DNA of 64,000 nucleotides from assembly GCA_012295275.1 (NCBI GenBank), contig CM022672.1, forward strand, positions 34,658,001-34,722,000. Reading direction: 5' to 3'. Position numbers and translations under genes: made by a program. The notes under the pieces were generated by a model. It had not been told where the DNA came from and did not search any database. It saw nothing but the letters and a program-made list of their open reading frames with translations. Position 1 is the stretch's first letter, and each line of letters starts with the position of its first letter. Origin of the DNA: Chrysomallon squamiferum. Its lineage: Eukaryota > Animalia > Mollusca. Below are positions 33,951 to 55,113 of the stretch, piece after piece.

Positions 33951-35404
33951 CCGTCAGTGTCGTTATGCAAATTCAAATTTATTACTACTACTACTACTAC
34001 CATGAGTACTACTACCACTACTACTATTACTATTTATAGCTAATTTAATATTGTTTGGGATGTTATTTTGTTATTGCTGGTTCTATTTTTCTTTTTATTG
34101 TGGCTGCTTGTGTTTATTGTCGTTTTGGAGATACAATTTATATTTGTTTATATATTTTTTTTTTTTATTTTATTTTATTGGAATATATATATATATATAT
34201 ATATATTTGATTTTTTTTTTTTACTTCCACATGTATAGAATCGGTGTGATATTTAAATTTTTAAATACTGTTTACATTTTTCAGCATGTCAAACAGGATA
34301 TTACGGTTCTGAGTGTGACAAACTGTGTAACAGTCGTCATTGTCAGTCTGATTCGTGTCCTGCTGACACAGGTTCTTGTAATGGAGGATGTCAGGCTGGA
34401 TGGAGTGGAGTTGACTGTACAGGTAACTAAATCATAACTACGTAGTGAGAATTTATAGAAAGAGATTTTCTTTCTTGTAAATGTTTTTACACAACGACTA
34501 GAGGCAGTGGAGGGTTAATTCAACTGTCAGATCCATTGTCCAATAATTTGCAATACAGCTCATGCAATAAAGAAAAAAAATGACTGAACTGTTGCTATGC
34601 TTTCCACTGTGGGAACTGTATGCAGAGTAAGGACACATTTGTACAAGAAGAAGTGTTCGCTCAAGTAAGCAAACAGTCAACTGTGCTCGGTCAGAGAAAA
34701 TCCATGATGTCTGGAAACTAACACTGACTGTTCAACGTCTCCTAACAGTTCACTTGCATCTCCTTTCACTGAAAAATTAAGTCGCAAAATTAACTGATCT
34801 CCCAACATTAAACAGTAATTTGTAGGTGATTTTCGAGAAAACTGGATAGAGATGATTAATATTTTGTCTAGCGCATCTTTTTCGCAAAATTAACCAAATT
34901 ATTTGTCTTAACTGAGAATCTAGATAATGAATTCATAGATTATATCAAAAATCCGACTCAACTTGACAGTGTACCAAGAAATCGCTGGACAGTTTATGAT
35001 ATGGTTTGAAATGAAATTATTAGTCCTTCTGAGTGTTTTTACAATTATTATTATTATTATTATTATTATTATGATTATTATTATTAAAATTTTCACAGGA
35101 ATGTGTTCAATATCATCTAAAATGAATGTATAGACATTATTTTACAAATTTATTTTTTTATTTATTTAATTTTAATCCCTATATGTGTGAGTGAGTGTCT
35201 TAACATTATTATTATTATTATTATTGTTATTGTTGTTGTTTTTGTTGCTGTTGTTGTTGTTGTTTTTAATTTGAGGGGAAAAGGCTTGTTAGTTTTTAAC
35301 ATTAAAGAACTATGTTAATTTTAAAGTTGTTTTTAAAAATTACATTTATTTTCTTCGTTATAATATAAAATGCATATCAAACAGATAAATAAATGAAGGG
35401 ACAC

Positions 35405-35464
<60 letters not shown>

Positions 35465-38350
35465 ATAATATATATATATATATATTTTTCAATGAAGGAG
35501 GAAATTAAATTACATCTTAATAATATTGTTTCATATTATACATATGGTTTAAGATCGAAAATGTGTTACATAAAAAAGAAAATACATCTTTTATTATTGT
35601 TATCATATCTATGATATATGATGGAAGTATGAAAAATTAATATCAGGTTGTAAATATCTCTAACAAAAAGCTATCATTTATTTTAATACTGACTTTATGT
35701 TAGCACTATTTCTGATCAGCATGCACGCAGTCTGTAACTTATGGTTATAATTGTAACAAAAGTTGCAAAGATCGTCACTGTGCTTCTCAGTATGCAGCCT
35801 GTGATAAAAAGTACGGAGACTGTGGTGTTAGTGGATGTCAACAAGGCTGGAAAGAAAGAGACTGCAGTCAAGGTATCTTATTATCCACGAATTTATAAAT
35901 ATATTTCAGCGAAACGTAATTACCTACTACTTCTACTAAATGTATTTCATAAAATAAAATAAGGCTGACTTTGCAAATTAACATGAAAAGTGTTTGTTTT
36001 CACTATACTTAGAAATTCTGCTTTTCTTCTCTGTTTTCGATTACCAGAAATAATGTTTTTTTTGTAAGAGTTTAACTTGAAACACAAATATTATTGTAAA
36101 TTAAAAAAAGCTGAATTCCAACACATTAGCCAATAATGTTTTAATTTTCACCTGTATGGACACCAGTTTGTTAATGTAATTACGGATTTTCAGTAAATAT
36201 AATTACTTCTTGTGAATTTAACGAAAAAATAACATGTAATTACTGTTGTATATTTCAGAATGTGTTAAAGAAGTGACCTATGGATCTGGTTGTAAGAAGC
36301 AGTGTTCTGAACGTCATTGTCTGAACACATCAACGTGTGACACAAAGACTGGTCAGTGTATCGGAGGTTGTCAACCAGGATGGTTAGAACCTGACTGTTC
36401 TCAAGGTGAAAACTAAAAACTCAAAATTATTATTTGCTTGTTTGCTCATTCTGGATATATGTTGTATTTATTCCTAGATAATTATTTTTAAATATAATAA
36501 TTTTTTAATTTTTGATATTTTTCAGTTTGTCAGTGGGGGTTCTATGGTCCGAAGTGTTCACTAAAGTGTCGAGATCGACACTGTACAGGAGATCAAAGAT
36601 GTAATCACACAAACGGAAAATGTAATGATGGTTGTTTGACTGGTTGGGTAGGAAGTGATTGTAGAGGTAAATATAAAATAATCAGTTAAAGCTGACATGA
36701 CTGAAGTATCAAACATGTTTGATTTGTCATTATTTAAGTATTTATTTGTTTGTTTATTTATTTATTTTTTTATTTACTTATGTTGATTTTTTTTAATCTT
36801 TTTTTAAATTTATTTATTCTTAACTTATGTAGTTTTTTTCGTAGTTGTTTACATCTAAAATATCTTATTTCTCCTTACTTTTTTATTTGTTTGTTTGTTG
36901 TTGTTGCTGCTCTCTGAATAATGTATGTTTTTTTTTCCGGTTTAAATAAAATAAAAACAACAACAATCAAAAACTTTATATTTTCAAATTTGATTCTCGA
37001 ATCACGTCTACAGTTAAATATCTGATCCTGTGTATAATGATTGACTTCGATAAGACATTCCAGTTTCTTTTAAGAATTTCTTTTGATACGACAATATAAG
37101 AACACCTTGAAAACAGTTAATTGTTTCTGAAACCAAAACAAACGCGATGTACAGATGCAAATTAAAGCTAGAAATTACAAAAACGTGATTCCATATTAGC
37201 CCTTTGTCAAAAGCATTTTCTGTCTAATATATTTGTTCTGTGTTTATTATTCTAAAGCGTATATGAAATACGAATTAAACGAGTAACAGGAAAAGTACAT
37301 TTTTTTACTATTTTAATAACCTATAGCTTAAAACTTTAAGATTTTCAAAGAAAACAAATGAGAAAAATGTATTTATTTCAATCACAGTTTAGAGAGCATT
37401 GCTTTAAAATATTTTTTTTTCAAAAACCAATTTTAAAACTAATTATTTTCCAGTCTCTACCCAAGAAGCAAAATGTACAGCAACATTAACTATAACGGCT
37501 TTCTCAGTCGTCACAGCTGTACTCACTTTTCTTCTCGTAATATCTCTTGTTTTTAATATCAGGTAAAAATGCTTATAAATCCTTCAACTAAATTAATTGT
37601 GATATAATATAACTATCTATAACATACTTTCTTTACTTTATTTTAGTTTGAACTCGAATAATAACTTTTCAGTATTCCCTTCTTTTTGATAATAAATATA
37701 ACACATACTGAAATATGTGCAAGCACATCTTTATAGATGATACAAGTACACCTGTATCAAAGAATATCTTTATCAAAGAATGTATTTACAGAATACTAAA
37801 CTGAAATATGTTTTACTTGATAATATATAATATTGTTATTATAGATTCAGAGTATATACATGTGTCATAAAACATCTGAATATCTATACTTTAAATGTTT
37901 CTTTAGCTAAGTTTTCTGAATTTCGAGTACTGAGCGTTTATTAATTATCTATGTAACAGTATTTCTCCACGTGTATTATATTTTAATTACCTAACATTTG
38001 CACTTGCTACTTGATAACGTAAAACGGAATACATTTTCAGAAAGGTTCTGATTAGACGAAAACGACCATCCTCTACTGAACATTCAATATCATTTGTAAA
38101 AAACAACAACAGCCATCCCAGGACAGCAGCTACTCCGTCATCACTGTATGAAGTATTTGATGAAGAAGTCAATATCATCACACCACCAAATCACACTGAC
38201 ACTCAGACAGTTTCATCAGGTGATGCGGAGACAAGTTATGTAAACACTTCACATCAAGAAGAACTCAATACTCAACAAATACACGATTATGATAAACTAG
38301 ATATTGATGTTGTTGGACAGGGATCTCCATACGAACAAATAAAAACGTAA
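30863..38350 (+). CDS. Receptor copy 1: signal peptide + F-type lectin + 4 MEGF/Draper-like EGF modules + TM + Tyr-motif tail; one apparent frameshift in exon 2
   Basis: Exons 30863-30941 (MAGCWISLQFLVCCLILQSGKTIAGY), 32193-32400 (NVARNK..ASRGVDG..WWEVDLGK..IYFRND; 208 nt vs 207 in the paralog), 32793-33014 (LDFVEVEVY), 34285-34422, 35720-35872, 36259-36405, 36526-36666 (C..G.YG..C...C..RHC....C....G.C..GC..GW.G.DC), 37454-37562 (TM: [21 protein letters not shown]) and 38041-38350 (tail ending [21 protein letters not shown]). Confidence 0.85.
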
Positions 38351-39727
38351 TATATATATATACACACATATATAGATATATACGTTTGAACACGTTCAAA
38401 TTTATTTTTGTGGTAAAATTTTTTTTATTAATTATCTTAGTATATTTGTAAAGCAGATGCACTATATAATGTACACTATAATTTATAAGAGAAAAAATTC
38501 AGTTAATAATATGAAGAACATAAATCATTTTATTACATAAAATATTAGGTTTCTAGATGTGTACTATCCAGTTTAACAGAACAAAACAAATATTTTATTA
38601 AATGTCTGACATCGCTAATTTTGAATATTTAGTAACACAGTCTCGTTAGAACAGTAAGTTATTTATATATTATTATCATTATGACAATTCTTCAATACTC
38701 AGATATTGTTCATTTTCTTTGTTATAAACAACTGAAGCTGAGCTGAGAAAAAAAAGTTTGTAATATTTTAAGTTGCAAATAAACATAATCAAATATTTGT
38801 ATAGGATATTTTGTGGACTTGTGAACAAGTTTCACCGAGTAGTTTGCTCTGCATGTAACAGTTTAAACGTTACAATCATACAATTTAATTTTATTAATGT
38901 GATACACAATATGATGATTCACATACAATAATGTAACGCTGTATACAATAGTATAAACTTTTCAATCGCACAAGAATAAAGATTAATCTAATTGATATGA
39001 GACACAGAATGATGATTCAAGTAGCCTGATCAAGAGTACATTGTACAGATTGACACTAACCAGTTAGTAAAGATTTAATCAAACGAAACACAGTAAACTA
39101 AAACTATTACTTTGTTTATGTTCATCGCGGACGCATAGCTGACACAGACCAGTTAGAAGAACTCATGAATTTATGTCAAAGATTAATAAACCAACAAGAT
39201 GTAAATTATTATGATAAACACGAGTTTGTCAGTGGTATGTTATTATGAACTAAGTAAAAGCAATTCAGAGTGATTTGCTATACCTGTATTGCTTTGCAAA
39301 TAATAATTAGTGATGTCATAGATCTTAACAAATCCCATTTCAGAATTATTCCCCATAAAAGTATTGATTAGCTCAAAGAATAATCAGACATCAAGAATAC
39401 GACATTACATACATTTAGTGATAGAAGATTCGAAGTTAATTAATATTTCTATTACAGATAGGATCAGTTTTGTGTGTTTATTTATCTTGTTTTAGTTTTA
39501 AATAATCAGTCTTCATATTAATTATTTATCAGAACCACTGTTTCATTAAATATATTTTCTAAAAAGTTAAATTTGTTTATTTGTGTTTAAAGGTGTGGAA
39601 GAGTAAGTATGAGTGTGTGTTGTGTATGTCTGTATCTATATAAACAGATAACACACACACACACGCGCACACACACACACACACACACACGCATATCCTT
39701 TTATTCAGCGTATTTTAAAAATTAATT

Positions 39728-40012
39728 TACATACATACATACACACTTACATACATACATACATACACACGTACATATATACTTACATACATACATACAT
39801 CCATACACACGTACATACATACTTACATACATACATAATTACATACATACATGCATACTTACATACATACCTATATACTTACATACTTACATACATACAC
39901 ACATACATACATACATACATACATACATACATACATACATACATACATACATACATACATACATACATACATACATACATACATACATACACCATCCATC
40001 CATCCATCCATC
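39728..40012. repeat. (TACA)n/(TCCA)n microsatellite
   Basis: Read directly from the sequence. Confidence 0.95.
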
Positions 40013-40019
40013 CAGGTTG

Positions 40020-40145
40020 TCTTGATGGCCGAGCGGTAACGTTGTTCGCCTTCTGAGTGTGGGCGGATGGGTGTCATACGTTCGAGTCTCGTCAGCGACA
40101 TCTGACGTGTTTTGTGAGGTTTTCCTGCGCCAGTGCTTTCCCGAA
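40020..40145 (+). mobile_element. tRNA-derived SINE-like head (second copy ~61655-61780)
   Basis: A-box TGGCCGAGCGG (40026-40036) and B-box GTTCGAGTC (40080-40088). cgttcgagtctcgtcagcgacatctgac...ttttgtgaggt...cctgcgccagtgc recurs at ~61698. Confidence 0.5.
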
Positions 40146-40935
40146 TAGTATCTGTGTGCAGAGTCTTTTCAGACGTACATAACACTGTAAATTCAACTCT
40201 AAAATATCTACGTATGCAGTGGTTATGCTGATAAATAGAAAGACGTATGAATAGTGACATTGTAATAGAAAGAGATTACACGTCAATGCATAAACTCCAC
40301 CAGATCGTTTCAGATATTATCCATGCATGTCTGTCCTAGATACATGTTGTGAATGACATTAAGTACTGAACTCTTAGCTTGAAACTTTTGTCTCGTTATA
40401 GAAGACTCAACTGATCTGTTTTCACTACACTCGACCTAGTCCTCTGTTATGTCTGAAAGAAAACTTACGGCGAAGTAAAAGATTATGTATCATTGTGGCG
40501 TTCTTTTCATATACCTTGGTGTATTTATAATATTTTATATTACATTAAATACTACAATTTGTATTATTATTATTTGTTTTATCGCATGAATAGTGATGGC
40601 ATAGCAATAATTTGCGTCAATCGCTCTAGGTTAAAAAATCCTCATAAATTAAACGATTTCGCATTATGTATCTCTGTAAATACTAGAGAGAATCTATGTG
40701 AAAAGTATTCTATGTATTGTGACTTAACTTTTGTACGAGCAAAACCTGTTTTCCTAGATCAGGATTTAATCTCAGCGTGTTTAAGTTAACAGAATTAAAA
40801 TACTCTGTTCAAATCTGAACTTTGCAACAGAATATATTAGGTGGTGTTTTTATCATTGGTTGAGTCATGAAAACGAGTCTTGTATCAGCTCGCAGTTTTA
40901 CTTCCTGGTTGGTTTGTGTACGAAACATTTTCACT

Positions 40936-47106
<6,171 letters not shown>

Positions 47107-47205
47107 GTGAGTTTATTAATATTTGTATAATAATAATAATAATAATAAAAATAATAATAATAATATCAACAACAACAATAACAGCACCAACAGCAGCAAC
47201 AACAC

Positions 47206-47257
<52 letters not shown>

Positions 47258-47616
47258 TTTCTGAAGAATAATGTATTTATGACGTTTATATGCAGAAGAA
47301 GCGGTGAATTTATTCGGTTTTATTATTTTAACAGTGAATACGTATATTTATTCCTGAGTTGCAGTATTTTTAGTAGAATAGTATCTGGAACTGTATTGTA
47401 CTGTATTGTATTGCATTGTATTGTAATGTGTGGTATTTTTTATTTGTTCTGTATATCAGTGGAACTGATGGTCAGTCAGTTAGATTTGTTATTTTATTAT
47501 AAATGAATTTCAAAATATTAAAGTACGAATCATTAATGCCAGACTGTAAACATTTGTAAAACAAAGTTTTTGTTTATTTTAATATTTTACTTTATGTAGA
47601 ATTCTTCTTACTCCAG

Positions 47617-47742
47617 CATGTCCACCATCTGTAACTTAGGTTTATACTTGTATCAAATATTGTCAAAATCGTCAAAGTGTTTCTCAGTAAACATACTGTT
47701 ACAGTATGGAGACTGTATTCCTAAATGGATGGCAGCAATGGC
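47617..47742 (+). pseudogene. Degenerate EGF exon (copy of module ACTQSVTYG) with stops
   Basis: ccag|catgtccaccatctgtaactTAGgtttatacttgt...cagtatggagactgt...ggatggcagcaatggc resembles 44683-44835 but has a stop codon and has lost Cys residues. Confidence 0.7.
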
Positions 47743-49847
47743 CTATTTCTTGTGTTAACTGTATTTTAATCAAGACTGATAAATATAACATTAGAACATA
47801 AAATAAAATACTGTATCCTTTGCAAATAATTAGTATGAAAACCTTTTTGACATTTTTGTAGTTTCTGAAACAACATTTCAATATGTTGTTTAAAAGTTTC
47901 TTTAATGTATTATTGTTGAAATCAAAATATAATGGAAGTTTTGATATATATGGAATGGAAGAACAGTAAATTACTTATGCACTCATTGTAAATATTTACT
48001 AACAGTCTCGTTAGAAAACAGTAAGTAATTTATATATTAATATCATCATAACAATTCTTTGCTACTCAGATAATCTTCATTATCTTTGTTATAAACAGCC
48101 GGAATTCAGCTGAGAACTAAAAGTATTGTAATATTTTACATTGGCAATAAACATAACAAAGTATTAGTACAGCATATTTTGTGGATTTGTGAATACGTTT
48201 CAGTGTGTTGTTCCGCTGAAACAAAACTGAAAGTCGTACAAGAACAGAGACTAATTTTATTTATATGAGACAGAAGATGATGATTCACTTACAATAATGT
48301 AATGCTGTATAAATTAGTGTAAACGTTACAATCATACAAGAATGTAGACTAATCTTATTTATATGATGATGATTTACATATACAATGTAACGCTGATACA
48401 ATATAGTAAACGGTACAATAATACAAGAAAAGAGACTAATTTTATTTATCTGAGAGACAGTATGATGACTCACATAGTCTGATCTAGAGAACATTGTACA
48501 GATTGACACTAACCAGTTAGGAAAGATTTAATTGAAAGAAACATAGTAAACTGAAACTATTACTTTGTTTATGTTCATCGCGGCCGCATAGCTGACACAG
48601 ACCAGTTAGAAGAACTCATGAATTTATGTCAAAGATTAATAAACCAACAAGATGTAAATTATTATGATAAACATGAGTTTGTAAATGCTACGTTATGAAT
48701 CAAGTAAAAGTAGTTTAGAGTGATTTATAATGGCTGTATTGCTTTGAATACACAAATGAATCTTCGGCGGACAGTGCTCATTTCTTTGTTTCTTAAAAGC
48801 TACACAAAATCTTTCAACGCAGCTACATATATCCTGATAGAGTGATTTATGTAAAATGTTACAGCTCTCTATTTTTTTCTCTTTATCTGCTTTATTTTAT
48901 TTTATGTTTAATAACTGTGAGGTGGCTCACAAATATACAGATTTTTTTTTTTAATTATTTACAGAAGGTTTACAAGATATTTAATGTATTCAGGGTATTT
49001 TCAAACGGTATTAAAACTAAGATTTAAAGACCTTTATTTACAAAAAGTATAATGTTTGCTGTCATACACAGTCCTGTAACTTACGATCATACCGCGTAAT
49101 ATCTTTACCAGCTTTACAATCGCAAATACTAATTTGTGATCTCATAATCTTAGCAAGTCCTATTTCAGAATTATTTACCATGACGTCTTTGATTAGCTGA
49201 AACAGTATTCAGAGATAAAGTATGCAAAATTACACACATTTAGTGATTGGCTATTCCAAGTAAAATAACATTGATAGTCCAGACGAGATAGGTATGTGTG
49301 TTTATGTCTTTCCTTTAGCTTTAATCAATGATTCTATATACAATTATTTTATCAGAACCAATCTTTCATTAAATATATTTTCAAACAAGTAAAATTGGTT
49401 TATATATATATGCATAGAGGTATCAGGTGGACGAGTGAGTATGTATGTGCGTTGTGTATGTATATATGTATATAAACAGAATACACACACATATATATAT
49501 ATATACACACATACACACACACACATATATATATATACACAGACACACACACACATATACAAATATATATATCCGCAAAGATAATACAAGTACGTACGCA
49601 CACATACAGATGCACATACATACACATTCCTAGATAAATTCAAATTTTCATTTTTATTTTAATTCACATTACAGTTGTATATTTACTACGGTTATTTATA
49701 AACTTCAGCTCAAGTTAAAACATATCTGATTTATGTCCAACGTTAAGGCTAAAGACTTTAGTAATTAATATGTCAAGTACTATAATTTGTTATAAGAATA
49801 TTTTGATTAATATGAAGTTAAACGTACTCTCATATTACACACACAGA

Positions 49848-49898
<51 letters not shown>

Positions 49899-50270
49899 CT
49901 GGGGTTCTTTCTGTAGATCTTGTGTATGCAGTGCATATGATAATAAAAATAAATAGCTGTAGACTAGGATAGTGACACTAATAGGAAGAGATTAATTTTT
50001 ATTATTGTTATGTGTTTTAGCGCATGAACAGTGAAGGCAAAGCAATATTTATAAAATATTTATATTTGTGAAACATTTACAGGATACACGAATAATTATT
50101 ACTTTTAATTTATAATGATACTGATAAATATTTTAAGAAGGTTTCAAAGAAGATTTATTTTTCTTCCCCTGTTATTATTGTTATTGTTTTGTTGTTGTTG
50201 TTGTTGTTGCAGTGTTGGTGGTAACGGACGTGATTCAGACAATTATATACATCTCTCTCTCTCTATCTCC

Positions 50271-50436
<166 letters not shown>

Positions 50437-50511
50437 CTGTTTGTCTGCCTCTCTGTCTCTCAATCTCTCTGTCTCTCTCTCAATCTCTCTGTCTCTCTCT
50501 CAATCTCTCTG

Positions 50512-50600
<89 letters not shown>

Positions 50601-52949
50601 CTCAGTGTGTAAATACATGAATCGTTCGCTTCATTTCATGTATATGTATATGTATCTTTTGCTGTTCAAACATCCGTATTCTTTGTTTAACCCAAATTTA
50701 AACGCACTTCGTAAAAGGATGTAGAAACGGAACGTTAACACACAGACAGACCAGCTGACTCACTGAAACGTGTCTAGATACACACAAACATTCAATCATA
50801 TATGTCGCGTTTTCACCACAGATTAATAAAACTTAAGAGAAACAGAGACTTCCTCTTAAAGTGTGTTACTTTATTCTTCACAAATCTGACTGATATTGTT
50901 TTTATGATTTTACAAAGTAATATAATTTTGCTTCCCTATTTATTTATTTAATAGTATAAGAGCTGCAACATGTATATGTTTTCGTTTTCTACTTTGTTAT
51001 TTGATTAAGTCTTAATGTTAATTATTGTTTTTCAAAGACTAGTTTTAACTTACTGTAATCAAAATAATCATTCTAAAAAGAATTTTGAAAATAACATTTC
51101 TTTTTCTTTCTCTGTTATTTAAAGTTTCAGTAGATATGAAAACCATTTCAAAATAGCGATTTGAATATAAACAAGCCGAGCTTTGGTTGTATTATTTTTG
51201 TTGTTTAAGCACTGACATATGTTCAGATATATATATGTAATAGAACTTTTTTAGTATCTCACACATTTGCTAGTGATGGTTATGAATAATAATTAATTAA
51301 TTAACTAATGATCATTTATAAATATTGATAGTTAATAATAACCAAACATTCATTTGTTTAAATAAAATAAAGTCGTCTTTAATGTAAATCTATACAGCGT
51401 TTTGAAAGTATCACAAACAGACAACATCTATTAAGACAGTTTAAGTATATAAATTAATTTCACTGCATATATTAAGCATCATTAATAAATAAATAAATAC
51501 ATTTACAAGAAATAAAAAAATATATATATAAAGCAAAACAGAGAAACATTTTAAGTAGTATATTAATGACTCTTCTTTATTTAACTTACTTGGACAGCAC
51601 ATTGATAACATAAACACACGTTAACAACAAATATTTATATTCAGTTTTTCTCAGAATAAACATCAGTATTGAATATTCCTTTATAAACTATAAACTGTAT
51701 ACATCATGATTATATCGCATACAAAACATAGCACTAAACACATTTCCTTTAATGTTAATTGTAGTTTTTCTGTAGCAGAAGATTTGTGTCATTTCACTCA
51801 AGTTAGGTCACAGTTTGTTGTGTCTGTGTGACTGGCTGTCGTCAGTAAATTATTCACATACATGTAGAGAAGAGTAGCTGTAAAAACTCCATCAGCGCTG
51901 TCACTGGTAGAAGAAATAATATTAATTATGATACAGAAATACAGCCATAACCACTGAGATGTTTATCATTTCAACTGTCAAAGTTCAACAAGAATTAAGA
52001 AACAAATCGCTTACATTTTGTCCTGAAGTATGCTACAAACTATTGAATGTTTTATGAGATGTGTAAAATATCGTGGACATATTCTGCAAAGTACTGCAAA
52101 TTAATTTTACTTCCTTGTTAATCACTGCTACTTCGATATGTTTTTTCTTTTTACTCACGAATCAGGAATCATTTTTTTAAAGAAATGAAAAAGGGTTTGT
52201 ATGTGTGTTCATTGTTTTTTTGTTTTTTGTTTTTGTTTTTTTACACAAAAACATACATATACAAAAACACTTTGACTAAAACACACATCATTCTATCTTC
52301 TTTTGATCTTTGTCATAGATGTTAAACTAAGAGTTAAGTTCAAAAGGTGGAACAATTATGGAAGAAGTGTTCATAATTACAATTCCTTGTTCATTATTAG
52401 TCTAAAGCGAATTGGCAGCAGTATTGAGATTTTGGTTTTCTAGCTTGTTATTGATTTTAGAATCAGCTCTATGGTTGGCTTCATTTCTCATTATTCCGAG
52501 TCAGATATCATTGTATCAAACAGCAGACGTTACCTTTCATTGTCAAATATGAATGGAAAACTAATTAGTCAATCAAAAAAACGTGATATGTGAAAGATAG
52601 TCAAACAAACATGTTGTTTAGTTACCGTGCAATGTATTACTGCTATAAGACAATCTGTATATAACTGTATATCCTGACAATTATATTACCACTTAATGTA
52701 TTAATAAGTGATTATATGTATTAGTATTATTTGTATTTATTGCATTTAAAATTTTCATTGTTATAATTTAAATAATTAAATCTCCAAAAGGGTTTATATA
52801 TATATATATTGTAAATGTTTGATTGTAAGACCATTTTCAATAAAATACTTACTGATGGTAAATATATATTTGTTGCTGCTACTGAAGTAGTAATTTACTT
52901 TAATGATTCATTCATTAATTCATTCATTTATATATGTGATATTTTTCAG

Positions 52950-55052
52950 TAAACTTAGCTCGGAATAAAAATGCATATCAAAATTCTTATTTGCCGGGTT
53001 ATGAAAAACTTGCTTCAAGAGGCGTTGATGGAAAAACTAGAGGAAATTGGCGTAGAGTTATACACACAGATACAAACCAGCCTTACACTTGGTGGGAAGT
53101 AGATTTAGAAAAAACTTACTTTATTCATCAAGTTAAAATATATTTCAGATATGACAGTAAGTATGAAAATTAAACTATGAATATACGAGATGTAACATTA
53201 ATTATAACAAATATTTTAGTGTGTTAATTTTAACTTGTAAGTGAGGGACATAAACGTCAATATTTGATGTTGTTTCCTTTTTTTTTTTTTTTTTTGTTGT
53301 TGTTGTTGTTGTATAATTATTTCTGCATATTAAGTATTATTAAAATTGCTAAAGTTTGTGTTTATAATGTTTCCATGACAGCATTATTGATTTAGTGGTT
53401 TCAATGTTGTATTATATCCGAAAAGAGTAGCTTAAGATTATATTTCCACAGTTTCATTTTAGCAAGATCGCCATATTTAGATTTTTTTTTAATTATTATT
53501 TTATTCATTCATTAATTTCTTTTTCACTAACTTGTTTACTTACTGTATTGAATGAATCTTAGGCAATACAAATATATAATAATTTATATAAAACTTTGCA
53601 GTTTGATTTTGCTATTTGCTGCACCTTCTCAAATAAACCATTCCTTTTATAATTTATAATTTATGAAGTTGAAATCGGAAAAGAACAGAGTAGACATTTT
53701 TGTAAAACTTTCTTATTTCTAGTAATGTCACGGGTAGAAATTTTCTCCTGGTGAAACTGATGAATAACAGATACAATATATGTAAAACGCATTTTCTTGT
53801 TTTATTATTGTTATTGCATTTTTATTTTATTTTAGTATTTTATTTTATTTAACTTTATTTTCTTTTATTTATTTATTTATTTATTTTATTTATTTATATT
53901 ATTTAGGGTATTTCTTTTCTTTTTTTTTTTTTGGGGGTTAAGATTGTTTTCTCCTGTGGACGTTCTGGAATGCTGTGTTTTCTATTGCATTACTTTTGTT
54001 TCTAATACTATTTAAATTTATTAATAAAAGTATGTAATAAATTGTATTTCATTGCTTGGTGTGATGGTAGTCCTAGTTCTCGTATTATTTGTAAGTATAC
54101 TGTAATACTGAATTGTATTTAATTTAGATAAATGGAGAAGAAATGGTTTAGAGGTTTACGCTAACACAGCAGCGAGACAGTCTAACACAGGACATCTGTG
54201 TGGTACTGTTACTGGTAGAAAAGATGGAACTGATATTCCTGATATTGTGAAAATCACTTGTAATGTCAACGCTAGATATGTGACTGTTTATCAAGGAACA
54301 GATAATGGACAGTCGACAGCACTGGACTTTATAGAAGTGGAAGTCTACGGTAATTCAATAGACAATTGAAATTGGTCATTATATTAATTTATAGTACTAT
54401 GATTATTGCACACTCAGTTGCAAGAGCTTGGTCGAAATTAAAAACATATCACAATTGTATTTAATAATACTTTGGAAAACGAACAAGGAAAAAATCATTT
54501 AACTTACAACAATGTTGAGATAGTTGATTCACAGCATATAATTGTTATTTTTATTTCTAATTTGAGTTTATTCTCACATTGTTATTGCTCTTTATTAAAT
54601 ATCTTTCATATATTTGAATTGTTGAGATTTATGTTTTTTCCTTTAAAATTCCTTTTTCTTAACAAATGATAACGACTTTTTCATTATCACAGAGTTAAAA
54701 CAACACTAAATAGTACTTAAACTATATTTCAGTAGGACGTAATTGAGATTGTCTCCAGTTTCTTATACTGTAATACTGTAATATAATATATATATATTTC
54801 TGTTCATGTTTCTTAATTGTTAGTAGAGATTTGATTAATTATTCACTGTGTAAGAACTGGTTAGAAGAGATGGTTATTGCATGCTAGGTAGAAGATGTTT
54901 GATTAGCATTTTATTGTGCCTTGATTTGTGTTGCTATTAGTGGTGTATAATAAACTGTGTCACAAACATGGTTTTCAAAATATACTTAATACTATTCCCT
55001 CCTCTCTACATAAAAACACTTTCACTTATATATTTTTCATTGCCTTCATTTT

Positions 55053-55113
<61 letters not shown>

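Noticed and set aside
40020-40100. tRNA gene
   Set aside because: A and B boxes are present, but I could not fold a convincing cloverleaf, and homology continues into a body shared with ~61700; a SINE fits better.
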